DNA from: Patescibacteria group bacterium
Lineage (GTDB): Bacteria; Patescibacteriota; Minisyncoccia; Phycocordibacterales; UBA918
Assembly (NCBI GenBank): GCA_019745315.1
Contig: JAIETH010000001.1
Coordinates: forward strand, 193,295 to 257,294
Length of the DNA: 64,000 nt
Direction of reading: 5' to 3'
The notes under the pieces: generated by a model
What the model was told of the DNA's origin: nothing
Seen by the model: only the letters and a program-made list of their open reading frames with translations
Databases searched by the model: none
In this document: piece after piece, positions 38,380-47,228 of the stretch
Numbering within the stretch: position 1 is the first letter of the stretch
Layout: every line of letters starts with the position of its first letter
Position numbers and translations under genes: made by a program

Positions 38380-39135
38380 TTACCCGCGTCGCTTCTTTAT
38401 ATAAGCAAACAAAGGTTGTTGCGGATAGGGGTTTGCAAGCCCCACCGTCATGCCGAAGGAGTGATGATTTTCTCCAGGGTAATGGTATCCGTTCTGGAAA
38501 AGCCACAGAGGCTCTCCATGCTGATGACCAACGCAGACCATGAAGTGATAGCCACCCAGGCATGAGTTCTTGCAGAGACTAAGGATGACACTTGGCTCTA
38601 CCGATTTCGGCACCGTATCCACAACGGCAGAGAACAATCCGCGAGCGTGATATTCCTTCTGTGCCCGGAGAAAATTCTGACGATGCTCCTCACTTGTGCG
38701 ACGCGAGCGAAACATGCGTTCTTTGGCGTAGGCAATGAACACAACATCGCCGACACCGACTCGTGAAGCCATACTGAAGGGACGCATACCATGACCCACC
38801 ACCGCCAGATTCTGCTCATGCTCACATTCCACGAATGTACCCGTGGAAATGTAATGCGCAAAGGCAGAGCAGTTCGTCAGATGAGAGTCGTAGTATCTCT
38901 CCGTATACTCGAGGACGCGAGCGCTGATAAGCTCATCAGCGATAGAGCCTTGATGGTACACACCCCAATTGCGAAACAAAAAATTGAGACCCCTATCAAA
39001 ACCCTTGATCCAATGCAGGCGCACGCCACGATTTGAGCGGATAATCCGCCCATTAGTGTAGATCGTCCTGATCGCGCTCATGTAGCCTTCGTCGGTACGA
39101 TCTATGCAGAGCAAAGGCTTGGCTTCATAGGCCAT
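38380..39135 (-). CDS. hypothetical Cys/His-rich protein (possible thiol hydrolase), GC-rich segment
   Basis: GAGGAG RBS 6-7 nt upstream of the ATG at 39135 (MAYEAKPLL). Conserved-looking Cys and His residues, including TNCSAFAHYI and CVGHQHG. Confidence 0.4.
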   Translation of the reverse strand: MAYEAKPLLCIDRTDEGYMSAIRTIYTNGRIIRSNRGVRLHWIKGFDRGLNFLFRNWGVYHQGSIADELISARVLEYTERYYDSHLTNCSAFAHYISTGTFVECEHEQNLAVVGHGMRPFSMASRVGVGDVVFIAYAKERMFRSRRTSEEHRQNFLRAQKEYHARGLFSAVVDTVPKSVEPSVILSLCKNSCLGGYHFMVCVGHQHGEPLWLFQNGYHYPGENHHSFGMTVGLANPYPQQPLFAYIKKRRG

Positions 39136-39267
39136 GATTTTCTCCTCTTTGCTTCCTCTGGAACTCTTTACCAAGCGAGACTATACAATAAATATTTTAA
39201 AATGGCTAGGTAACCTTCTAAAAAATATTTCTGACTAGATATCTACACCAAGCTGGTAACTTACACA

Positions 39268-40083
39268 CTATCTAAACGTCACTGTTCCGCTGTCGTACTT
39301 AAGTTCCAAGATGAGCTCACCACGGCTGGTGAAGAAAAAGGACGCGGTATTTTGGAGTAGCGCTATAAACTCTGATTCTTGCGAACCTTCACAGTACATT
39401 TTCGTAGAAACAATATTATCAAAAGTAATAAGGTTTTGATTTACCGAATAGCTTCCTCCCACGCTATTGCAATCAGTAGACGCGCTGAAGGTTTTGTCTG
39501 CATTGAATGTGAGCGCAAAAACATCTGGCTTTGTTGGGATAATTTCCCGCCCATCGTTATAAAGCGCTTTCTGCCACTTCCACTTTGTCATACCAAGTGT
39601 CATCCGATCTGGATCAGCTTCACCTTCAAAGCCGGTATCAAGAGCGAGCTTGCTCCCTTGTATGATTTCTTGATTACTATCAAGAACATAGAGCTTAGTT
39701 GGCTCAGATGTGAGACGCACGTACCGAATCTGCTTACCTTCTGGCTTCTGCCAATTGAGTACGTAGACGGTAGCGTCCACGTCATCTTTAAACCCTCGCT
39801 CAGTATTAAGCTCTCCAGTACGCACAAGACCATTCGTTTGGAGTCGATAGGTTGTGTAGTCTCTGTGTTCAAATACCACCTCCACCCTATCAACACGCGC
39901 AGCATATCGCTCAGTTGTCGGGCCCTCTTCCCATACCACTTCTTTTGCAGAAGTATCTACTGCCCCTGAGTCAGGAATCTCTGGAGCTGGCGCAGTAGCA
40001 CTCTCTTTGTTAAGCAAAAGAAATGCACACAGCCCTATGAGAGCCGCGACGAGAACAATAAGCATATATACTGCTTTTTTCAT
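39268..40083 (-). CDS. META (HslJ-like) domain lipoprotein/anchored protein
   Basis: The C-terminal region FNADKTFSASTDCNSVGGSYSVNQNLITFDNIVSTKMYCEG...FIALLQ matches the META domain. Confidence 0.65.
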   Translation of the reverse strand: MKKAVYMLIVLVAALIGLCAFLLLNKESATAPAPEIPDSGAVDTSAKEVVWEEGPTTERYAARVDRVEVVFEHRDYTTYRLQTNGLVRTGELNTERGFKDDVDATVYVLNWQKPEGKQIRYVRLTSEPTKLYVLDSNQEIIQGSKLALDTGFEGEADPDRMTLGMTKWKWQKALYNDGREIIPTKPDVFALTFNADKTFSASTDCNSVGGSYSVNQNLITFDNIVSTKMYCEGSQESEFIALLQNTASFFFTSRGELILELKYDSGTVTFR

Positions 40084-40090
40084 ATAGTAA

Positions 40091-40396
40091 TTATGTATCT
40101 TTTGGCAAACCCCACTGCCACTTTGGTTTTTCTCCTTTCTTGTAGGCTATAAAAATAAAAAGAATGGTAAGTACAATAAAAGGTAACCCCGACACTAAAA
40201 AATTACTTCCTGAATCAGGATTCCCTGGAATGGCTTCTTCTCTCACAAGCGCGAGAAGAGAGACGAGCGCGATGTACAGCGCTGTAGTGAACCATCCCTG
40301 CCAAGTTGCAGGTACCCATCCCCACCCCCATATCTTACGCTTAAACCAGTAGTGTTCGGGATTGTCTTGTATGTAATCAAGATATTTTTTAAACAT
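40091..40396 (-). CDS. small membrane protein
   Basis: 101 aa with 2 TM helices. Confidence 0.45.
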   Translation of the reverse strand: MFKKYLDYIQDNPEHYWFKRKIWGWGWVPATWQGWFTTALYIALVSLLALVREEAIPGNPDSGSNFLVSGLPFIVLTILFIFIAYKKGEKPKWQWGLPKDT

Positions 40397-40398
40397 GC

Positions 40399-40806
40399 TT
40401 ATGAGTGTGAATTTCGAAAAATCTTCTCCATTGGTCTCCCTTTTGCGAGCTCGTCAACAAGCTTATCGAGATAGCGCACCTCGCGCATGACCGTGTCCTC
40501 AATATCCTCTACCCGCACACCACAGACCATGCCGGTGATGAGTTTGCGTAAAGGGTTAGGCTTTGGAGCTTCCTTAAAGAAGGTCTCAAAATCCACTTCT
40601 TTTTTGATCTGTGAGCTCAACGCGCGTGCGGTGTATCCTGTCAGCCAACGGATGACTTCATCAACCTCTTCCTTGGTACGATCCTTCTTCTCTGCCTTAG
40701 CGATATACATTGGATAGACCTTTGCAAAGCTCATTGCATATACGCGCTTAAGAGTTGCTTCACTTGTTGGCTTCATACGTATAAGTATAGCAAAAAATAC
40801 CTCCAA
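40399..40806 (-). CDS. DUF2200 family protein
   Basis: [34 protein letters not shown] matches the DUF2200 consensus. The probable start is the internal MKPTSE. Confidence 0.55.
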   Translation of the reverse strand: MEVFFAILIRMKPTSEATLKRVYAMSFAKVYPMYIAKAEKKDRTKEEVDEVIRWLTGYTARALSSQIKKEVDFETFFKEAPKPNPLRKLITGMVCGVRVEDIEDTVMREVRYLDKLVDELAKGRPMEKIFRNSHS

Positions 40807-40945
40807 GATGCGTGTGCGTTAAAAAAGACCATAGACTCCCATTCTACAGACATTGATCATATTAGAGACAGTGCGCGGTATACTATATTTTATGCGAAAA
40901 CATATACACCGTGCGTACCGGAAAGTATGCGATACATCCCCACAG

Positions 40946-41935
40946 ATGAAGCGAAAGATCCGTATCGCGTATGCCACACTCCTTGGTATCGCCATACTTT
41001 CAGGAGCAGCTATAGTCATGGTCGCCGAAATTCAGCTTAAGCGCCTTGAAGAAGCAGCGCGAATTCCAGAAGCCCCTCCATTCCCTATCAGCGTTAATCC
41101 TCAGCTCAAGACTATTTTTGAAAATCCTGAAGTCGATACCTATTTTGCTATCTATGTCTCTTCAGACTATAGCCGAAACAAGAAAATCAGCTGGCTTGAA
41201 GAAACGCTCGAAAAAATTGCCATATCACGTTGGTTTCAACAACTCGCTTCTCCGGTAGCGCGAGTACTCGTCATATATCCCGGAGAACGCAAAGAAGAAA
41301 TTGCTGAGGAATTTGGCGATATTCTCAAATGGGACGAGGAAGAGGAAGCTCGCTTTGTATCTCTTGTCGATCAGTCAATACCGAACCTTGATGAAGGAGT
41401 GTATTTCCCTGGACGATACCTGACTCACAAAGATGCTACTCCAGAGGAAATAGCGTCTCTAGTAACCACTGAATTTACTAGTGAACTTCTCAAGAGATAT
41501 CCTGAAGAACTCGCGGCTCAAATTCCGCTTAAAGAGACGCTTATCCTAGCCTCAATTCTTGAGCGTGAAGCGTATGACTTTACCGACATGCGAGAAATTT
41601 CGGGTATTATCTGGAACCGCCTTTTTATTGATATGAACCTCCAGCTTGATGCAACACTTCAGTATGCAAAAGCAGAAAAGACACCGGGAGTATGGTGGCC
41701 GCAGATAGTCCCGAAGGACAAGTATATTGAATCTCCATTTAATACTTACGAAAACGAAGGTCTTCCACCTGCACCAATTGCAAATCCTTCACTCGATGCA
41801 GTACTCGCAGCACTCAATCCCATAGAAACAAACTGCATGTTCTATTTTCATGATGACAATAGCAATTTCCATTGCAGTGTTACCTACGAAGAACATGTAG
41901 AGCTACTCAAGCAATACTACGGTCAAGGTCGGTAA
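40946..41935 (+). CDS. mltG: endolytic murein transglycosylase MltG (YceG-like)
   Basis: LILASILEREAY, YNTYENEGLPPAPIANPSLDA and ALNP motifs. N-terminal TM helix. Confidence 0.8.
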   Translation: MKRKIRIAYATLLGIAILSGAAIVMVAEIQLKRLEEAARIPEAPPFPISVNPQLKTIFENPEVDTYFAIYVSSDYSRNKKISWLEETLEKIAISRWFQQLASPVARVLVIYPGERKEEIAEEFGDILKWDEEEEARFVSLVDQSIPNLDEGVYFPGRYLTHKDATPEEIASLVTTEFTSELLKRYPEELAAQIPLKETLILASILEREAYDFTDMREISGIIWNRLFIDMNLQLDATLQYAKAEKTPGVWWPQIVPKDKYIESPFNTYENEGLPPAPIANPSLDAVLAALNPIETNCMFYFHDDNSNFHCSVTYEEHVELLKQYYGQGR

Positions 41936-41978
41936 ACCTTTTATTTAAGGCAAGATCAATCTGTGTAACTAGGTAGAT

Positions 41979-42491
41979 TTAGTTATCGATAACGATAACA
42001 TTTTCAATCTCTGTTGGCTCTTCAAACATATCAATAGTTTGCTGAACCAATTCCCTACTCACAACTGATCGGCTTGGATTCTTTTGATTATCCTCCCAAC
42101 GCTTCCATACTGTCTCAACAGATGATTGTATGTATATCACTTTGGTCTCAGCACCAACAGACTGTGTCACTTCTCGCAACCTGTCTCTACTGGCAACTGT
42201 TTGATTGGTCGAATCATAGAGTACGTTATTTCCATCTAGCAAAGCGCGCCTGGTCTTTTCGTATGACTCATTAAATATTTTTTCCCAATTATCCGCATCG
42301 GGCAGTATATTTGAATCCCAATTAAAGCCATGTGTGTGAAAGATATCATCAATACTCACAAACGCTATGTCAGTTTGTGTTTGTAACTGCTTTGCAATAT
42401 ACGATTTACCTGCATATGGAAAACCACACAAAATAAAAAGTGTTTTCTCTGAATCTTTTATAATTGAAACAATATTACCTAAATTTTGCAT
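41979..42491 (-). CDS. P-loop kinase-like protein (AAA_33 type)
   Basis: Walker A LCGFPYAGKS. Confidence 0.55.
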   Translation of the reverse strand: MQNLGNIVSIIKDSEKTLFILCGFPYAGKSYIAKQLQTQTDIAFVSIDDIFHTHGFNWDSNILPDADNWEKIFNESYEKTRRALLDGNNVLYDSTNQTVASRDRLREVTQSVGAETKVIYIQSSVETVWKRWEDNQKNPSRSVVSRELVQQTIDMFEEPTEIENVIVIDN

Positions 42492-42517
42492 TACTTAACT
42501 ATATAGAAATAATATAT

Positions 42518-42874
42518 CTAGCTTGTCTTTTTCAATGATCCTGCAAACTCAATATCAAGAGAAGATATCTTATCTTCAGCAAGCGCAACATAATAGACGA
42601 ACTTAGCGGGACTTGCGCTGAAGTCGCCACTCACGATTGTCTCAATGACCCAGGATTCATCTTTCTCTGTGACGTGAGAAATCTCTGTATCGAGATTCAG
42701 TCCTGACAACGATTTATCTATCCAAGCTGCAATTTGTTCTTTTCCACGCACCTCCTTACTCTCACCTCTATCAATAACAAGGGCGTCATCAGAAAACACA
42801 GAAAGCAAACCTTCTTTATTATGATTGTTCTTATGAAGGAAATATTCAGAAATAATATGTGGTAGATCGCTCAT
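42518..42874 (-). CDS. NTF2/SnoaL-like fold protein
   Basis: 118 aa with a SnoaL-like alpha+beta-barrel pattern. Confidence 0.45.
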   Translation of the reverse strand: MSDLPHIISEYFLHKNNHNKEGLLSVFSDDALVIDRGESKEVRGKEQIAAWIDKSLSGLNLDTEISHVTEKDESWVIETIVSGDFSASPAKFVYYVALAEDKISSLDIEFAGSLKKTS

Positions 42875-42900
42875 ATATTCAGTCTAGTTTTATGTTTCTG

Positions 42901-43245
42901 TTATATATCTGACCACACAGCCAGCTCATTACCGTCTGGATCAGCAAAATGAAAACGACGACCGCCAGGGAAGCTGAATATGTCTTTTGTTATATTTCCC
43001 GCAGCGGCTTCCACTTTTGCTTTCGTCTCTTCAAGATTATTTGAATACAGTATTACCAAAACACTTCCCTTAACTACCTCACCGAGAGCAAATCCTCCGT
43101 CTACACAATCACCTTCAAACGCAGTGTATTCAGTTCCGTAATCAGTAAATTTCCAACCGAATGCCTTTGTATAGAATTCTTTTATTGCGACTAAATTCGG
43201 TGAAAGAAATTCTATATATTGAATTTGCTCATGCGTAAGTTTCAT
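42901..43245 (-). CDS. glyoxalase/bleomycin-resistance (VOC) family protein
   Basis: FHFADPDGNELAVW is the typical VOC C-terminal motif. Confidence 0.7.
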   Translation of the reverse strand: MKLTHEQIQYIEFLSPNLVAIKEFYTKAFGWKFTDYGTEYTAFEGDCVDGGFALGEVVKGSVLVILYSNNLEETKAKVEAAAGNITKDIFSFPGGRRFHFADPDGNELAVWSDI

Positions 43246-43329
43246 AAAAATAGTATAGCAAAATTTATATAAAAGGTACCTGATCCCATTTCCCCATTTC
43301 CTTCAATAATAGAGTGGTGCTTGAGTAAA

Positions 43330-46146
43330 TTAGAAACCATATTTGTCCATACGGAGCTTGAACGCCGCACGGCCTCCCTCGGTGACTAATGTGATTTCTT
43401 CCTTGATCGCCTCGTTGTCGATTGCGCCAACCGCCTTGATTGCACCATGTGTCTGATCCCCAGCTTTCACGTAGTCGCAACAAACCACGAGTTCAGCATC
43501 GCCATTCACCACGAAGTTTGCGCTATGGCTTGCAAAGATAAGTTGTCGCTTGCTCTTTGCTTTCCATACTTGCTCGACAATTTCTCTAATCATTCGGCTG
43601 TCGATATCGTCCTCCGGCTGGTCGATGATGAGAGGCGCGCCCGGTTGATTGAGAAGCACAGTAAGCAATGCCGTTGCCTGTTGGCCGGCAGAAGCATCTT
43701 GGAATTCAATGTAGTCAGCTTTGGTCTTGTTGGTGCAGTACAAGAATTTGGGATTGAATTCGAGCTCGGCAACCGAAAGATCTATCCAGCTTGTCGAATC
43801 AAAGTTGGTAGCGATACGCGTGCGCTCGTTGTCGATAAATCCGCAGTTGTTGAGCACAGGAGTAGCCGGCAATGCTTCCGGTCCCTCCATGGAGTGAAGC
43901 GCGAGTTTTTCGAGCTCGGCTAGGATGCCGTTCCATTCAGCAAGCGGATCTGCGGCTTTCACTAGAGATTGGCAGATTTTGTCGATCTTATCCTCTTTGA
44001 TGTTCATGCCTGAAAAAGCGATCTTCAACTTTTGCGTGAGACGATCAGTGTCGAGACCGGTTGCGAGTTCCGCTTTGATCAGCCCGCCAGATAGAGCGGT
44101 GAATTGAGCACACTGCTTTTCGAGCGCGGCAATCTTCTGCGTGTGCAGGCCGTCCCATTTCTTGCGAAGTCCCTTGTATATCTTTTCCGGATCACCAAGA
44201 GCCGCAAGAGCATTGCGTTTTTCTGTCTGCTGTTTCTTAAGGATGGCGATACGCTTTTCAAGAGCCTGTATCTGATCAAGCTGTTGCTGATTGACGTTCG
44301 CTTTCGCTTTTGCCGCCTCGTACTTCTTTTCAAAAGCCGTCTTGAGCTTTTCCCATTCCTTTATCTCGTCATTGATTGCTTTGAGAGACGCCGGCTTGAA
44401 GAGGTCCGAGAGCGTGCTGACGGCCGTCTCGATCTGTGTAAATTTGGAACCAAACTTTGTGCGGATGCTCTTGATAAGAGCCTTGTTCTCCAGCTCGGCA
44501 TCTTCTTCTTCCTCATCCTCGGTTTCCAACGCTTCAACCAAAGTACCGACATGCTCTTGTGTCGTTTCGAGCTGATTCTTTAGATCATCAATGATAGTTT
44601 CTTCCTCGTCGTACTTTGCTTTCTGGTCGATGATTTTCTGATCGGCTTCAGAGAGACCCTTGAGACTCTTTCGCTGTTTGCCTACCTGTTCGGTAAGCGA
44701 AGCCATTTCAACGCTGTTTTTATTTACTTCCGTCTCGATCTCATTCATGCGAATAAGATCACCGTATGAGGAACGCATTTTTGCTTCAGTGTCGCGCACC
44801 TCGGACTTTATTTGGTCGAGTTCTTGCTTTATAGGCAACTCAACAAAACGCTTCAGTTCGTCGATGCGAACGCCGACGCTACTAAGTTGTTTCTGGCTGT
44901 ACGCTTGAATCGGGAGAAGATTCCGCACCTGTTGCTCTGTAGCTTGCTCGAAATCGCCATCACCAATCTTCAGCAATATTTCCTGTTTCTTGGAATTGCG
45001 CTTAACGATGTGTGGCACGTCATTGAGCAAGAATTCAACCTGTACCTCTCCGTCATGCTTTTGAAGCGTGTTGTCGATAAGGTGCTTGCGCTTGTTCTGC
45101 ACGATGTCCATGTCCTCGCTCTCCACCGGCTGATCACAAAGACCCCAGCGCAAGTATTCAAGAATTGTAGATTTGCCGGTTCCGCGTCCTCCAATGATTG
45201 CATTGTATTGCTGGTTCAAGTCGAGATCGACACGACCAAGGAACTTTGAATTTGAGACGGTAACCGAAGTGATCCAAAGATTAGGCATCAATGGCTCTAC
45301 CAGTGAAAGCCGAGACTCTTTTGCCAAGCAAGCCTGACGCAATGCTTCTGCGGTGGGCTCTGACCATTTTACGTATGTGATATGAGATCCGAGGTCCGAG
45401 TGATCGCGCTTACGATTATCGGATGTTTGAAAAACAGCAATCGGCTTGTATCCGTTGTTTTGCTGGCGTCCCTCAAGAATATTCTTCTTTCCGGTGCTGG
45501 TAGGCGCATAGTCTCCGTCGAGATATCCGCCGACACATCGCATCTCTTTGTAGTGCTTATCAAAACCGTCGCGGAAAAGCGTCTTATATCCGCCGTCCGT
45601 TACGTTGGGGAGAATAATAAATTTACCCTTGAGCCATTTGTGCTGATTGAGCTTGTCCTCAAGGTTGTTCAATCCGGTAAGTGCCGCCGGCGAAACGGAA
45701 TCGATGCTTGCAAGCTTGCTGTTGGTCTCAGGAGTAGCGTCAATGGTCAGTGCTGTAAGAATGTCATTCAACTTTGTTTCGTCAAAGTCTGCGCTAAGTA
45801 AAAGAATTGCTTGGCATGGTGGAGATGAAAGTGTGAGCTCGATACCTGGAAAGACAATAATCCGATCCTCTGGCGCAACATCCTCACCGATCAGATTAAC
45901 CTCTGATGCGGCCGCGGCTTTAACGTATGGGAAGAATGCAAAGTCGTGGTGATCGGTTATCGCAATAGCATTGAGACCTTTTGCTCGGCACGCCTGAATA
46001 AGCTCCTCTGCGTAAGCTTTTCTTTCTGCTGGTGTAGCGGCCTCATCTCCGTGCCAGTTTGCATCCCGTGGCGTATGGACTTGAAAATCGCATTTGTAGA
46101 AGTGTGCTCCTTTGTCCATAAAATGCATTTTAGCATTTTTAGACAT
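43330..46146 (-). CDS. PHP-domain phosphoesterase fused to SMC/SbcC-like ABC ATPase with coiled coil (938 aa)
   Basis: N-terminal PHP: CDFQVHTPRDANWHG...AIAITDHHD. Walker A GGRGTGKST after an N-box-like segment. About 300 aa of coiled coil. C-terminal signature SAGQQ, Walker B LIIDQPEDDID, H-loop ASHS. Confidence 0.8.
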   Translation of the reverse strand: MSKNAKMHFMDKGAHFYKCDFQVHTPRDANWHGDEAATPAERKAYAEELIQACRAKGLNAIAITDHHDFAFFPYVKAAAASEVNLIGEDVAPEDRIIVFPGIELTLSSPPCQAILLLSADFDETKLNDILTALTIDATPETNSKLASIDSVSPAALTGLNNLEDKLNQHKWLKGKFIILPNVTDGGYKTLFRDGFDKHYKEMRCVGGYLDGDYAPTSTGKKNILEGRQQNNGYKPIAVFQTSDNRKRDHSDLGSHITYVKWSEPTAEALRQACLAKESRLSLVEPLMPNLWITSVTVSNSKFLGRVDLDLNQQYNAIIGGRGTGKSTILEYLRWGLCDQPVESEDMDIVQNKRKHLIDNTLQKHDGEVQVEFLLNDVPHIVKRNSKKQEILLKIGDGDFEQATEQQVRNLLPIQAYSQKQLSSVGVRIDELKRFVELPIKQELDQIKSEVRDTEAKMRSSYGDLIRMNEIETEVNKNSVEMASLTEQVGKQRKSLKGLSEADQKIIDQKAKYDEEETIIDDLKNQLETTQEHVGTLVEALETEDEEEEDAELENKALIKSIRTKFGSKFTQIETAVSTLSDLFKPASLKAINDEIKEWEKLKTAFEKKYEAAKAKANVNQQQLDQIQALEKRIAILKKQQTEKRNALAALGDPEKIYKGLRKKWDGLHTQKIAALEKQCAQFTALSGGLIKAELATGLDTDRLTQKLKIAFSGMNIKEDKIDKICQSLVKAADPLAEWNGILAELEKLALHSMEGPEALPATPVLNNCGFIDNERTRIATNFDSTSWIDLSVAELEFNPKFLYCTNKTKADYIEFQDASAGQQATALLTVLLNQPGAPLIIDQPEDDIDSRMIREIVEQVWKAKSKRQLIFASHSANFVVNGDAELVVCCDYVKAGDQTHGAIKAVGAIDNEAIKEEITLVTEGGRAAFKLRMDKYGF

Positions 46147-46220
46147 CTATTAATATGACCCGTCTAGGTAACCAGGTACGATTTTTATGAGTGCTGGCTG
46201 TCTGGGACGATGTTAGAACT

Positions 46221-46775
46221 TTAATCATGAAATAAATAACTGAATGCTTGTTCTCGTGGCTTTTCAAAGTCATGCGAAATATCAAAATACTGAATTCCAA
46301 AATTTGCACACTCCTCTTTAAGATATTTGCTGAACTGAATCATTTCGTCAATTAATTTAAGCATTTCATCGTCAGAGATATTTTTTGTCCAATCCACTTC
46401 CCCTTGATGATATGTTCTTACCAAAGTAAGCTTCTCTTCCTTATTAAGTTCTGAATATCCGAGAAAACAACTTTTAACTTTATTGCCTTCAAGAATTAAC
46501 TCATTAACTTGACTAGGCAGAATCGTATCACCTTCAATGAGAAAATTATGTTCTTCATGAAAAAAGAATCCTAAAAGAGGTTTAGCTACTGGCCATGTTT
46601 TTTCTGCCCTCACAATGAACGACTGGTCGTAAGCCACACCTAGCTGCGGTGCTCCGTTTGCTAAGCCACCAAATAAAGCATCAAGTGGAAAATATGGAAT
46701 CCCCTTTTCAGATACTGCTCTCCTAGAAAGCAATGTTTTTCCTGAACGAGATGCACCACCAAGTATGTAGATCAT
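46221..46775 (-). CDS. P-loop NTPase/kinase-like protein
   Basis: Walker A GGASRSGKT at the N-terminus. 184 aa. Confidence 0.5.
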   Translation of the reverse strand: MIYILGGASRSGKTLLSRRAVSEKGIPYFPLDALFGGLANGAPQLGVAYDQSFIVRAEKTWPVAKPLLGFFFHEEHNFLIEGDTILPSQVNELILEGNKVKSCFLGYSELNKEEKLTLVRTYHQGEVDWTKNISDDEMLKLIDEMIQFSKYLKEECANFGIQYFDISHDFEKPREQAFSYLFHD

Positions 46776-46834
46776 AAGGAAAGTATAATGGTTCTAGCTG
46801 CTTAATCCTAACGAGAGTCCAACTAACAATTTTG

Positions 46835-46853
46835 CTGGGATACAGGGATTCGA
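46835..46853. repeat. direct partial copy of the tRNA-Gln 3' end (CTGGGATACAGGGATTCGA)
   Basis: 19/19 identity to 47079-47097. Confidence 0.7.
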
Positions 46854-46952
46854 TTCTTACAGAATCAGTACAGGTTGTCAGTATTTTAGTCCAAGTATTC
46901 CTAAAATACTAGGCAACCTTTTCTCACCCCATATCCTTCCGCTTGCGCACAG

Positions 46953-46980
46953 AAAAAACCGGCATAAAGCCGGCTTTCTT
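46953..46980. terminator. hairpin terminator CCGGC-ATAAA-GCCGG with flanking A-run and T-rich tract
   Basis: Seen directly in the sequence. Confidence 0.5.
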
Positions 46981-47033
46981 GAAATAGTCAGGATTCGACC
47001 TCGTCCCTCGGCACGACAGTCCCCCGGACTGTC

Positions 47034-47054
47034 GGTTCGAATCCCTGTATCCCA
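47034..47054. repeat. inverted 21-nt copy of the tRNA-Gln 3' end (GGTTCGAATCCCTGTATCCCA)
   Basis: Perfect reverse complement of 47079-47099, 24 nt away. A plus-strand tRNA cannot be formed. Confidence 0.7.
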
Positions 47055-47078
47055 TCTCTCATCACTACGTTCTTCGAG

Positions 47079-47149
47079 CTGGGATACAGGGATTCGAACC
47101 CCAATTAAAGGCTTCAAAGGCCTCTGTCCTACCATTAGACGATATCCCA
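47079..47149 (-). tRNA. tRNA-Gln (anticodon TTG)
   Basis: Reverse-strand sequence TGGGATATCGTCTAATGGTAGGACAGAGGCCTTTGAAGCCTTTAATTGGGGTTCGAATCCCTGTATCCCAG. 7-bp acceptor stem, U8, anticodon loop CTTTGAA, T-loop TTCGAAT. Confidence 0.85.
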
Positions 47150-47228
47150 AAAAATACTTCGACTAGAACGGTACTCTAGCGTTGCTCAATAGTGCCTTAT
47201 TTTTAAGCTCAAAACAAGACACTCCTCC

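Noticed and set aside
43265-46158. Multiple 60-160-aa ORFs on the plus strand and in other frames inside 43330-46146
   Set aside because: They are embedded antisense to a 938-aa gene whose translation has contiguous, well-defined PHP and ABC-ATPase motifs.
47034-47054. A second, plus-strand tRNA or tmRNA using the GGTTCGAATCCCTGTATCCCA segment
   Set aside because: The T-stem cannot form (GTCGG against CCCTG), and no 5' acceptor partner lies at tRNA distance. Pairing with the distant GGGATACAGGG copy would make a 17-bp terminal stem unlike tmRNA, and no tag ORF is present.
46878-47150. ORF 46878-47150 (-), 90 aa
   Set aside because: It spans the tRNA-Gln gene and the hairpin module, and its translation is Arg/Gly-rich nonsense.
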